60,691 nt of DNA from positions 1-60,691 of IMG/VR virus record IMGVR_UViG_3300009068_000043, one strand, 5' to 3'. This DNA is from a virus (lineage: Duplodnaviria > Caudoviricetes). How positions within the stretch are numbered: the first letter of the stretch is position 1; every line of letters starts with the position of its first letter. The notes beneath the pieces were generated by a model, which was not told the origin of the DNA, did not search any database, and saw nothing but the letters and a program-made list of their open reading frames with translations. Below are positions 44,074 through 53,465 of this stretch, piece by piece. The translations under genes were made by a program, and so were the position numbers.

Positions 44074-45285
44074 ATGTCACAACAACTATTAGAAGGCCGC
44101 TGGGATGAAACCAAGGAAGCCCTTCTTGAAGGCCTAAAAGGCAGCAAGCGTAACAACATGAACGTGATCCTAGAGAACACACGCAAGTATTTGAAAGAAA
44201 ATGCCAGCGGCGGTTCTACAGGTTCTGGCAACATTGCCACACTAAACCGTGTGATTTTGCCAGTTATCCGTCGTGTTATGCCAACCGTTATTGCTAACGA
44301 ATTGGTTGGCGTTCAGCCTATGACTGGACCTGTTGGTCAGATCCACACCCTGCGTGTGCGTTATGCCAACACAATGAACGACACCAGCACTGCTAATACC
44401 AGTACTGCTGCCGGCCAAGAAGCATTGAGCCCATTCTTGATTGCTCAGGCATATTCTTCAGCAAGCAGCGTGTCAGCTGGTATTGTTGATCCAACACAAA
44501 CTATCTACAGTGGTGCTAATACATCAGTGCTTGAAGGCAGCGGCGGTCGTCAGATCTCTGTGCAAATCTTGAAGCAGGCTGTGGAAGCTAAGACTCGTAA
44601 GTTGCAAGCCCGTTGGACTTTTGAAGCTGCTCAGGACGCACAAGCCATGCATGGTATCGACGTAGAAGCCGAAATCATGGCAGCTTTGGCCCAGGAGATT
44701 ACAGCTGAAATTGACCAGGAAATCTTGTTGAGCTTGCGCTCACTGGCCACAACTGAGTACACATACAACCAAGCTACTGTGTCTGGTACAGCCACATTCG
44801 TTGGTGACGAACACGCCGCTTTGGCAGTTCTGATCAATCGTGTTGCTAACTTGATCGCCCAACGCACACGTCGTGGCGCTGGTAACTATGCTGTGGTTAG
44901 CTCTGCTAGCTTGACAGTTCTGCAAAGTGCTACAACCAGCGCATTTGCACGTACAACAGAAGGCACTTTCGAAGCACCTACAAACACCAAGTTTGTTGGT
45001 ACTCTGAACGGCGCAATGCGTGTGTTTGTTGATAGCTATGCTAGCGACACTACACCTGTATTGGTTGGCTACAAAGGTAGTTCAGAAGCTGATGCTCCTG
45101 CATTCTACTGCCCTTACATCCCCTTGATGAGCTCAGGTGTTGTATTGGACCCAACAACATTCGAACCAGTGGTTTCGTTCATGACTCGTTATGGTTTCAT
45201 TGAATTGACCAACACTGCAAGTTCGTTCGGCAATGCGGGCGATTATGTCGGGGAGATAGCAGTCTCGAATTTGAGCTTCAGCTAA
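44074..45285 (+). CDS. gp23: Major capsid protein
   Basis: IRRVMPTVIANELVGVQPMTGPVG, VEAKTRKLQARWTFEAAQD, EITAEIDQE, GYKG..FYCPYIPL, FMTRYG; AAGGAG Shine-Dalgarno. Confidence 0.97.
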   Translation: MSQQLLEGRWDETKEALLEGLKGSKRNNMNVILENTRKYLKENASGGSTGSGNIATLNRVILPVIRRVMPTVIANELVGVQPMTGPVGQIHTLRVRYANTMNDTSTANTSTAAGQEALSPFLIAQAYSSASSVSAGIVDPTQTIYSGANTSVLEGSGGRQISVQILKQAVEAKTRKLQARWTFEAAQDAQAMHGIDVEAEIMAALAQEITAEIDQEILLSLRSLATTEYTYNQATVSGTATFVGDEHAALAVLINRVANLIAQRTRRGAGNYAVVSSASLTVLQSATTSAFARTTEGTFEAPTNTKFVGTLNGAMRVFVDSYASDTTPVLVGYKGSSEADAPAFYCPYIPLMSSGVVLDPTTFEPVVSFMTRYGFIELTNTASSFGNAGDYVGEIAVSNLSFS

Positions 45286-45310
45286 TCTTCGATTGGTATT
45301 TTACCAACTC

Positions 45311-45336
45311 AAAAAAGGACCTTATGGTCCTTTTTT
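45311..45336 (+). terminator. Intrinsic (probably bidirectional) terminator after gp23
   Basis: AAAAAAGGACC-TTAT-GGTCCTTTTTT. Confidence 0.85.
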
Positions 45337-45386
45337 GTTGATTTTTCTTTCTGTAAATGTTATTATGTGATATTGCTGCATCTAAC

Positions 45387-45392
45387 TAAATA
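45387..45392 (+). promoter_or_regulatory. Late promoter motif TAAATA for the homing endonuclease
   Basis: 8 nt upstream of the ATG at 45401. Confidence 0.65.
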
Positions 45393-45400
45393 ACAACAAT

Positions 45401-46150
45401 ATGAAACCTTATACATATCTAATCAAACATCGACCTTCCGGCAAAGTCTACTATGGATACCGTTCGGCTAACCGAGTAGATCCTGTAGACGATCTGTGGA
45501 AATACTATTTCACAAGTAGTCCGGGTGTTCAGAAACTAATAGAAGAAACAGGCGTAGACAGTTTTGATACAGAAGTACGCCGGGTATTTGAGACAAAAGA
45601 GCAAGCAAGCGACTGGGAAACAAGAGTTCTTAGTCGTTGTAAAGTATTAAAAGATGATCGTTGGCTCAATCAAAATGTAGCGGGATACATAGTTCCTACA
45701 GAAGAAAGTCGAAAAAAGATTAGTGATTACCACAAAGACAAACCCAAGAGCGAAGAACATAAACAAAATTTAAGCGACTCACAAAAAGGTAGCAAGCGTC
45801 CGTGGTCTAAGCAAAATCTACCAAAAGACAACAAAGGTAAAAATAATGGCATGTATGGAAAGTCTCATTCAGAAGAGTCTAAGAAAAAAATTGGAGAAAA
45901 AAATAGAATACACATGCAAGGTGATAACAATCCAATGAAAAAAGTAGAGTGGACAGAAGAACGCAAAGAACATATGCGACAGATTCGTGCTAAAAGACAA
46001 CCTTGGACAGAAGAACAAAAAAAAGCAGTAGCTCAGAAGTTAACCGGACTAAAGCGACCAAAACTCTACTGTGCTCACTGTGACAGACACATAGCTCAAG
46101 GCTGGTTTCACAGACACGGTGATCACTGCTCAAGCATAAATACCCTGTAA
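45401..46150 (+). mobile_element. Free-standing Seg-like GIY-YIG homing endonuclease with NUMOD3 repeats
   Basis: YTYLIKH..GKVYYG..YFTSS..E..WLN nuclease domain; repeats such as EESRKKIS, KSEEHKQNLS and NGMYGKSHSEESKKKI; C-terminal CAHC...H..HC. Confidence 0.85.
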
Positions 46151-46179
46151 GCAACAACCTCGGGATGGGAAGTGGCATC

Positions 46180-46202
46180 AAAGCATCGCAAGATGCTTTT
46201 TT
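46180..46202 (+). terminator. Intrinsic terminator
   Basis: AAAGCATC-GCAA-GATGCTTT followed by a T run (GNRA loop). Confidence 0.85.
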
Positions 46203-46221
46203 GTTGACTGCTAAATACTGC

Positions 46222-46941
46222 ATGGCAATACAAATTGGATCAGGAATAAGCATTGGTGGAGGGATTCTCATAGGATCAGCCCCAGCAGGACCTGAGTTGG
46301 TGTATAATCTAAATGCAGCCAACTACAGTGCGTTACCGGTGAATGGATCAGTGGTGTCAGGTTCGGGTGGTTACACTGTGACCGTGGCCAACCCTGACAG
46401 TACCATGACATGGAATGCTAGTAATGACGGTGTATTCAACATGACCACTGTGTCAGGTTCTACCAATGATTACATCTATGGCGGGCCAAATTATGTGTCA
46501 GGTCAAAGTTATACAGTTTTCATGGTATATCAGTTAGATCCAGCAGTGGCCGGTCGATTGCTGAACACACAAGATGAAAGCAGTAAAGACTGGTTGATGG
46601 GTGCTTACAGTGGCTATCCCAACACATTCTACCCTAACTTTGCAGTAAACTTGCCGTCGTCGGGTGCCGACACTGTGTGGCATTTTGGCTGGGCCACATG
46701 GGATGATACAACCAGCACAGGGCAACTTTGGATAGCAACAAATACTCAACCAACTACCTATGCATATTCTGAAACCAGTGGGTCAGGTGGTGGATTTAAC
46801 CAGTTGAGATTGTTCAGCAGAGCCGGTGGCAGTGAAGTACAAACTGGCAATATAGGATTAATACAAGTGTATGATGGAGTGATCTCTCTTGCAAAGATAC
46901 AAGCATTGTACAATCAATTCAAAACCAGATTTGGATATTGA
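46222..46941 (+). CDS. Concanavalin A / LamG-like lectin-domain virion protein
   Basis: Likely start MAIQIGSGISIGGGI at 46222 (TAAATA 46212-46217 lies 4 nt upstream); C-terminal GNIGLIQVYD..S.AKIQALYNQFKTRFGY resembles LamG-type endings. Confidence 0.65.
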   Translation: MAIQIGSGISIGGGILIGSAPAGPELVYNLNAANYSALPVNGSVVSGSGGYTVTVANPDSTMTWNASNDGVFNMTTVSGSTNDYIYGGPNYVSGQSYTVFMVYQLDPAVAGRLLNTQDESSKDWLMGAYSGYPNTFYPNFAVNLPSSGADTVWHFGWATWDDTTSTGQLWIATNTQPTTYAYSETSGSGGGFNQLRLFSRAGGSEVQTGNIGLIQVYDGVISLAKIQALYNQFKTRFGY

Positions 46942-46976
46942 TCAAGCCCGGTAAATATACCAAAGGGACTTGAACT

Positions 46977-49900
46977 ATGGCTATTATTAAAACTCCAGTA
47001 GTGGGTGTTTCACCCTACGACACAACTGCTACTGCACCTATTGTGTTGCGAGCCGATGCAAATGGCAACACAGTATTGGCCAATCCGCCTGTTGCTGCTG
47101 CTGCCGCTGCTGCTGATATTGCTGCAACCAATGCCAATAGTAATGTGTATGTGACTGGTCAAGAAGCGTTAAACAGATTGATTACCACCAACAGCAGTGG
47201 TGTATTTGCAGGTGCCAATGTCACTATCAATCTTGAAGAACAGAATTTTACCACCACCAATCAGGTCACATCAAACACAAACTATCCGTCAGGCAATATC
47301 GGAGAGATACAATTCAATTCAGGTTCCAACAGTTTTGCCAGCAATGCCTATTTCACTTATGCTGACAGCAATATCATAACACCGGGCATTCGCACTGATG
47401 GTTATTTTTATGCCAATGGCACACCATTCACCAGTGGTGGTAATGCGGCAATTGGTAATTTTGTATTCACAGGCGACACAATGTCTATTGCTCATGTCAA
47501 TAGTGCATTAAACATCAAGGGCAACAGCACCGGCAATAATGAAAATTATATCATTATCAATCCAACCAGCGTTGACATCTATGCTTTCAACACCAGCCCT
47601 TACAGCTACGCAGAACTTTATTTAGAGAATAGCAATACTGAAACGCCATATGCTCAGATTATTGTAGATGGAAATTCAACACCTCAACAAACTTGGACCT
47701 TTGACCACAATGGTAATCTCACTGCTCCAGGAAATATTTCTGCTATCAATTTAATAATCAACAGCATTCGCAGTGATGATTCAAGTTTTGTCACAATTGA
47801 AGATGGATTGAATGTTACCTCGGGGTTGATATCTGCTCCAGGAAGTATGTCACTCACTGCTGGTGCTAATACTTGGACCTTGTACGCCAATGGCACCACA
47901 CAGTTTCCTGCTAATGTCATACAGGCACCAGCAGGCAGCCCAATAACCGTTAGAACTACCAACGGCAATACCTATTCTAGACTTGCAGCGGGTGATACCT
48001 TTGCCCAAATTGGATTACAAAATGACACTACTGGTGCATATCAGGCCTGGGCATATGTTGAAACTGACATGGCCAATGTCAATACACCGTCTGCTGTGAT
48101 TATTCTCAAACCCGGTGACACTGGCACCGAAGTGCGTTGGAACTTTGATGCTACTGGTGATATGACTGCTCCGGGCAACATTTCAGCTGTGAATCTTGTG
48201 ATCAACAGCATTCGCAGTGATGATTCTACTTTTGTCACAATTGAAGATGGCTTGAATGTTAATGGAGAAATTTCAGCAACCGGTAACATCACAGGCAATT
48301 ACTTTATTGGTAACGGCTCACAGTTGACTGGCATAATAGCCAACACCGGCAATGTGACCTTCAGAGACGAGATAGTGATAGGCACGGGCACAAGCAATCT
48401 CATTAGTGGATTGTATCTTGCACCCAGCAGTTCCAGCGCAAATGCCAATATGTACTTGCGAGTGCGGGGCAATATCAATGACGAACCCACTCACATACAT
48501 TTTGATACCGGCAACAATGCATACTACAATCAGTTCATCGGCGATGACAACAAATATATACAACTGGCCAACACAGGCAATATTATTATCAACAGCAATG
48601 ATGGTGTGGGCAACTCGGCACAATGGACCTTTGGATCAGCTGGTAAGATCATATTGCCCCAAGGGGCCTCACTGAACGATACCTCAGGTGATAGTGTGGC
48701 ATTTGGATACCGTGCTGGTACCAGTCAAGCCCAACACGCTGTGGCCATTGGTGCCTATGCCGGTAATCTATATCAAGGCGAAGATTCCATTGCCATTGGT
48801 TACCAAGCTGGATATCACGATCAACAGCGCGGTGTGGCCATTGGATATCAAGCTGGTGTTGGTGGAACATTGTACCGAAGTGTAAGCGATGCTCAAGGCG
48901 GATCAGGTCCGGTTACAACTTATTCACCGTCGGCGCCGCCCAATCCCAGCAGATTGTATGTGGCCAGCACAGCCAACATTGTGACCAACCAACGAGTATT
49001 TGGCAACAACATTCAGGCCAACACATTGGTAACAGCCGTATACTCCGGCGAAGACCGAGTTGATATCACTCCGAACTACACAGCAACCATGACTGACGGC
49101 GACCCACTAACATTTGTTGGTGTTGTGATCGGCATCAACGACGCCAGCAACATAATATACCCAATGCGAGTCACTGGGACTAACATTCCTACCAACACAT
49201 TTGTGCAGAGCACAGGATGCAGCGTTGTGACATTGAGTCAGTATCCCACAGCACCGTTGACCGATGGTGCCAGTCTTGTATTCAACATAGGACAAGGTGC
49301 ATATGCCACAGCCGTTGGTTATCGAGCAGGACAAACTTTTCAAGCTGATGGGGCAGTGGCCATTGGTTATTCGGCTGGTCTACAGAATCAAAGCACAAGA
49401 GCAGTGGCCGTTGGTCAGTTTGCTGGTTATAGCAATCAAAGTGCCAATGCGGTGGCTGTGGGCACCAATGCTGGTGAGTTCACTCAAGCTGTGAATGCTG
49501 TGGCCGTGGGCTACAAGGCTGGTTACTCCACACAAGGTTCCCGTGCAGTGGCCATTGGCGAAGATGCTGGTTTTCAAACTCAAGGTGAAGATGCTGTGGC
49601 AGTGGGACAAAAAGCTGGTTTTCAAACTCAAGGCCGCTGGGCTGTGGCCATTGGTAACTCAGCCGGACGCAGCGGTCAACGTGATAAGGCCGTGTCCATT
49701 GGTTACGGTACTGGTGCAGTCAGTCAACAGGATTGGGCAGTGGCCATTGGTGCCAATGCAGCTTCGTACAACCAAGGATACGATGCTGTGGCCATTGGTG
49801 AACTGGCTGGCAATACCTCACAAGGTAACAATTCCATTGCGATTGGTTATCTGTCTGGTTATGACACACAAGGTGCCAACTCAATAGCCATTGGCGCCAT

Positions 49901-50093
49901 GGCAGGCCAAAGTGTTCAAGGCAACAACTCAATCATATTGAATGCCACCGGTGTAGGTCTAAACGCAGCCACAGCCAATACATTCACAGTTAAACCTGTG
50001 CGTGGTGATAGCACAGCCAATTTGACCGGTGCAGGCTTTAAAACAGTTTACTATAATTCAAGCACTGGCGAGTTTGCTTACAGCACCGATTAA
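46977..50093 (+). CDS. Tail fibre / adhesin with YadA-head-like AVAIG repeats
   Basis: GEIQFN fibre motif, duplicated TAPGNISA.NL.INSIRSDDS.FVTIEDGLNV segment, 4+13 AVAIG..AG...Q repeats, C-terminal YYNSSTGEFAY; TAAATA at 46952-46957. Confidence 0.8.
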   Translation: MAIIKTPVVGVSPYDTTATAPIVLRADANGNTVLANPPVAAAAAAADIAATNANSNVYVTGQEALNRLITTNSSGVFAGANVTINLEEQNFTTTNQVTSNTNYPSGNIGEIQFNSGSNSFASNAYFTYADSNIITPGIRTDGYFYANGTPFTSGGNAAIGNFVFTGDTMSIAHVNSALNIKGNSTGNNENYIIINPTSVDIYAFNTSPYSYAELYLENSNTETPYAQIIVDGNSTPQQTWTFDHNGNLTAPGNISAINLIINSIRSDDSSFVTIEDGLNVTSGLISAPGSMSLTAGANTWTLYANGTTQFPANVIQAPAGSPITVRTTNGNTYSRLAAGDTFAQIGLQNDTTGAYQAWAYVETDMANVNTPSAVIILKPGDTGTEVRWNFDATGDMTAPGNISAVNLVINSIRSDDSTFVTIEDGLNVNGEISATGNITGNYFIGNGSQLTGIIANTGNVTFRDEIVIGTGTSNLISGLYLAPSSSSANANMYLRVRGNINDEPTHIHFDTGNNAYYNQFIGDDNKYIQLANTGNIIINSNDGVGNSAQWTFGSAGKIILPQGASLNDTSGDSVAFGYRAGTSQAQHAVAIGAYAGNLYQGEDSIAIGYQAGYHDQQRGVAIGYQAGVGGTLYRSVSDAQGGSGPVTTYSPSAPPNPSRLYVASTANIVTNQRVFGNNIQANTLVTAVYSGEDRVDITPNYTATMTDGDPLTFVGVVIGINDASNIIYPMRVTGTNIPTNTFVQSTGCSVVTLSQYPTAPLTDGASLVFNIGQGAYATAVGYRAGQTFQADGAVAIGYSAGLQNQSTRAVAVGQFAGYSNQSANAVAVGTNAGEFTQAVNAVAVGYKAGYSTQGSRAVAIGEDAGFQTQGEDAVAVGQKAGFQTQGRWAVAIGNSAGRSGQRDKAVSIGYGTGAVSQQDWAVAIGANAASYNQGYDAVAIGELAGNTSQGNNSIAIGYLSGYDTQGANSIAIGAMAGQSVQGNNSIILNATGVGLNAATANTFTVKPVRGDSTANLTGAGFKTVYYNSSTGEFAYSTD
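49300..49930 (+). repeat. 13 x 48-bp (16-aa) AVAIG beta-roll repeats
   Basis: Units such as AVAIGYSAGLQNQSTR, AVAVGQFAGYSNQSAN and AVAIGEDAGFQTQGED. Confidence 0.8.
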
Positions 50094-50101
50094 AGATAAA
50101 T

Positions 50102-50130
50102 TTGACATTGCCTGGTGATTTCTCTATAAT
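50102..50130 (+). promoter_or_regulatory. Consensus sigma70 promoter (leaderless transcript predicted)
   Basis: TTGACA (50102-50107), 17 nt, TATAAT (50125-50130); ATG at 50137. Confidence 0.85.
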
Positions 50131-50136
50131 TACTAC

Positions 50137-51066
50137 ATGTCCTTGTATGCCGTCACCACCTATTTCAATTCAGCCAAGTATCAAACCAAATTAAACAATT
50201 ATCGATTGTTTCGTAAACATCTGACTGTGCCACTGATCACTGTGGAACTCAGCTTTGATGGTGAGTTTGAACTTGTGCCCACAGATGCTGATGTCATGGT
50301 ACAACTTCATGGTGGCGCTGTGCTGTGGCAAAAAGAACGGCTGCTGAACGTTGCACTACAACACTTGCCCGAAGACTGTGATACTGTGGCCTGGATTGAT
50401 AATGACGTGCTGTTTGACAGCGATTCATGGGTGACACAAGCGCAACAACAACTCAAAAAATACCAAATGGTGCAGTTGTTTTCTCGCAGTGTGGATCTCA
50501 AGCCTGGTGAAACAGACATCTCAGCTGAACCCGAATACTATGCACAAGGACTCATAGCTCGTATTGAATCCAATGGTATGAGTGCGTTGGAAAGACAAAG
50601 CAAATACAGTTGGGGGCATCCACGACGTGAAGTCATGCCTGGCTTGGCCTGGTGCATACGCAGAGATACTATAGATCAACATGGATTTTATGATGCCATG
50701 ATCATGGGTGCTGCTGATCGCATGTTCTTGCATGCTGCATATGGCAAAATTTCTCAGGTGCCCACCACAGTTCCTATGACCCAGTCACACTTTGCACACT
50801 ACCTGAAGTGGGCTAGCCCATTCTACACCACAGTGCAAGGCAGCGTAGGTTACATTGATCATACCGCATATCATCTCTGGCACGGTGACATACCTAATCG
50901 ACGCTATTGGGATCGTCATGATGCTGTGGTCAAACTGGGATTTGACCCTGTGACAGACATCAAACACGGTGATAACGGTGCCTGGCAGTGGGCCAGCCGT
51001 CGACCTGAATTAGAACATTACTGCATTGACTACTTCCAACAACGCCTGGAGGATGGCCATGCTTGA
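50137..51066 (+). CDS. Glycosyltransferase-like protein (GT-A fold)
   Basis: WQKERLLNVAL, VAWIDNDVLF (DxD), GLAW, GAAD and HLWHG motifs. Confidence 0.65.
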   Translation: MSLYAVTTYFNSAKYQTKLNNYRLFRKHLTVPLITVELSFDGEFELVPTDADVMVQLHGGAVLWQKERLLNVALQHLPEDCDTVAWIDNDVLFDSDSWVTQAQQQLKKYQMVQLFSRSVDLKPGETDISAEPEYYAQGLIARIESNGMSALERQSKYSWGHPRREVMPGLAWCIRRDTIDQHGFYDAMIMGAADRMFLHAAYGKISQVPTTVPMTQSHFAHYLKWASPFYTTVQGSVGYIDHTAYHLWHGDIPNRRYWDRHDAVVKLGFDPVTDIKHGDNGAWQWASRRPELEHYCIDYFQQRLEDGHA

Positions 51067-52825
51067 ACTTGGAACGGTTTATTCGGCCTGCGAAGGCAGT
51101 GCTTTGGGGGTACTGGGGCCCATGGCTGTGATGGACATTATTGCTCATGTGCCTGATCAATTTGATCAGGGTATGATGGATGCGGACCTAGATCGTGTGT
51201 TGGGATTTGTGAGTCAGATTCACACCAACGATGTTGAATTACAACTGCTGCATCGCGGCATTGGATTGGCTTGTTTTGTACAAGGCATGAATCGTGTGGT
51301 GGTATCCAATCAATATCAAGTGATCGCAGCTAAAAAGTTAGAATCGGGTGCGGTGTGTTTTCGTGTGGCAGTGAGTGTGACCAATCCCGACGCCACAGCC
51401 ACAGCATTTAAATTTGCCAATGACATCATTGACTTGTATTCACAACCAGCACCGCATGACATAGAGCCTTTGGTAGCCTGGGCAGCAGACCAACTTGATC
51501 GTTATGGGCTGCCGGGGCAAAACCAAGGATTCTTGTTGACCTTGTGTATGAAACGTGCTATGCCCGTGAATCAAATATGGCCGGGCACACACATGGTGGG
51601 CACTGGCAAGTATTCACAGCGAATCAGTAGCACAATGACTCAACGCACATCAGCACAGGCTGTGCTGTATGCCAAAAACAAAATTGCCACAGCTGAACTG
51701 CTGAACTTGGCAGGATTACCGGGCAGTGAACACAAAAGAGTTGCCACCTGGGAACAAACTGTCAAGGCTGCTGAAGAATATGGTTATCCTGTGGTGATCA
51801 AACCTTATGACCGTGACAATGGTCAGGGTGTGTATGCTGGTATCACCACAGTGACAGACTTGCAATATGCCTACACAGAAGTCACAAAGATTGTGCCACA
51901 ATTCCTAGTAGAACGACACTTTGAAGGGGTGGGCCACAGAATTACCATTGTGGATCAAAACATAATCACCGTGACCAAAAAACTGCCAGCTACCCTAACT
52001 GGAGATGGGGTCAGTACCGTGCAACAATTGATCGACGCACAGCAAGGGCCCTCACGATACATCAAACGTCCTGAAGGTGGGGAACCATTTATCTTGATAG
52101 GATCCGCTGTGCCAGCCATGACAGTGGATGACGAAGTGCTGGGCATGCTTACACAACAGTCGCACACACTACACACTGTGCCTGCCGGAGACGAAAAATT
52201 ACTACTACGACGACGAAACAATGCCAGTGCAGGTGGTGTCACTCGTGCCATTGACAAAACCACTGTGCATCCGGACAATCAAGAACTGTGTTTGCGTGCT
52301 GCACGTATCATGGACTTGGACATTGCTGGCATTGATTTGTTGATTCCGGACATCACACAAAGTTGGTTAGAAACTGGCGCATTAATTTGCGAAGTAAATG
52401 CTGTGCCACAGGTGGGATACAATCATGGTATCACACAAATAGTAGATCACATTTTTCAAACTGGTGTGCGTGTGCCTGTACATATGGTCATAGTTGAATC
52501 TTGGAATCGAAGTGATTTACATCTTGCACACGAATTGGCTGCGATCACCAGCAGCAATGCATTCAGTACCAGCACGGGTATCTGGATCAATCACAAGTGC
52601 ATGAGCAGACCTTTTGATAATGGCTTTGCCGCAGCTAGGGCAGTGATATTTGACCAACAAGTTGAATCTGCGGTGTGCATAATGACCAAAACCGAAGTTG
52701 CGGAACTGGGATTGCCGTTGGATCAGTTTGATCAAATCCTGATAGAAAACCCCGATGATGTTGTGAACTGGGTCTCTCCGCACAGCAAGAATATCAAACC
52801 TTTGAAAGTGAATAGAAATGAATAA
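51059..52825 (+). CDS. Cyanophycin-synthetase-like ATP-grasp ligase lacking a full Mur-ligase domain
   Basis: Likely ATG 51059 after GGAGG. K..T..LL..AGLP, YPVVIKP.D...G.GV, FLVE, GDG.STV.QLI, N.S.GG, VHPDN..LC.RAA...LDIAGIDL, ICEVNA.P. Confidence 0.75.
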   Translation: MLELGTVYSACEGSALGVLGPMAVMDIIAHVPDQFDQGMMDADLDRVLGFVSQIHTNDVELQLLHRGIGLACFVQGMNRVVVSNQYQVIAAKKLESGAVCFRVAVSVTNPDATATAFKFANDIIDLYSQPAPHDIEPLVAWAADQLDRYGLPGQNQGFLLTLCMKRAMPVNQIWPGTHMVGTGKYSQRISSTMTQRTSAQAVLYAKNKIATAELLNLAGLPGSEHKRVATWEQTVKAAEEYGYPVVIKPYDRDNGQGVYAGITTVTDLQYAYTEVTKIVPQFLVERHFEGVGHRITIVDQNIITVTKKLPATLTGDGVSTVQQLIDAQQGPSRYIKRPEGGEPFILIGSAVPAMTVDDEVLGMLTQQSHTLHTVPAGDEKLLLRRRNNASAGGVTRAIDKTTVHPDNQELCLRAARIMDLDIAGIDLLIPDITQSWLETGALICEVNAVPQVGYNHGITQIVDHIFQTGVRVPVHMVIVESWNRSDLHLAHELAAITSSNAFSTSTGIWINHKCMSRPFDNGFAAARAVIFDQQVESAVCIMTKTEVAELGLPLDQFDQILIENPDDVVNWVSPHSKNIKPLKVNRNE

Positions 52826-53465
52826 TATTTGGCTAGAACAAATTGTAGCAAATCCTGAACTCATGAGCATGGGACATGGTCAACAAGCCAAGGACAAAAA
52901 CCTAGGCATGGGCTGGATGTATTATGCTCTGGCACGTATGTATCGCCCTGCCACAGTGATGTGTATTGGATCCTGGCGTGGGTTTGTGCCTATGATGTTT
53001 GCTCGTGGTATACAGGACAATGCACAAGCTGGTACAGTACACTTTGTTGATCCTGGCATGGTAGACGATCATTGGCAATCACCCGAGAGTGTGAGTGAAT
53101 GGTTTGATCACTACGATGTCAACAATATCACACACCACAAGAAAACCACACAAGAGTTTGTGGAGACCAATGTATATCGCAATTTACAAAACATCGACAT
53201 CTTGTTTGTAGATGGGTATCATTCAGCTGAACAAGCACAGTATGACCATGAAGCTTTTGTTAGCAAACTCAGTACCAACAGCATTGTGTTATTTCATGAC
53301 AGTATGAGTAGAAATGCTTCTAAAATTTATGGTGCAGATCGTGTGTACAATTATTCAGTATGCGATTATATTGATCAGTTACGTAGCCGCCCCAACATGC
53401 AAATCATGGACTTTCCGTTTGAAAACGGTGTTACATTAGTTCGCCATCAAATTCCTGGTGTTTAG
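52818..53465 (+). CDS. Class I SAM-dependent methyltransferase (Methyltransf_24-like)
   Basis: IGSWRG, VD, IDILFVDGYH and VLFHD motifs; overlaps the upstream stop. Confidence 0.75.
   Translation: MNNIWLEQIVANPELMSMGHGQQAKDKNLGMGWMYYALARMYRPATVMCIGSWRGFVPMMFARGIQDNAQAGTVHFVDPGMVDDHWQSPESVSEWFDHYDVNNITHHKKTTQEFVETNVYRNLQNIDILFVDGYHSAEQAQYDHEAFVSKLSTNSIVLFHDSMSRNASKIYGADRVYNYSVCDYIDQLRSRPNMQIMDFPFENGVTLVRHQIPGV

Noticed and set aside
46165-46221. N-terminal extension of the lectin ORF in the track (likewise track starts at 33344, 34570, 41049, 51026 and 54664)
   Set aside because: The extensions run through terminators or neighbouring genes. Downstream starts fit the TAAATA or Shine-Dalgarno positions better.
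51059-52825. Calling this a functional cyanophycin synthetase (cphA)
   Set aside because: It is too short and lacks the Mur-ligase P-loop domain; only the ATP-grasp similarity is supported.
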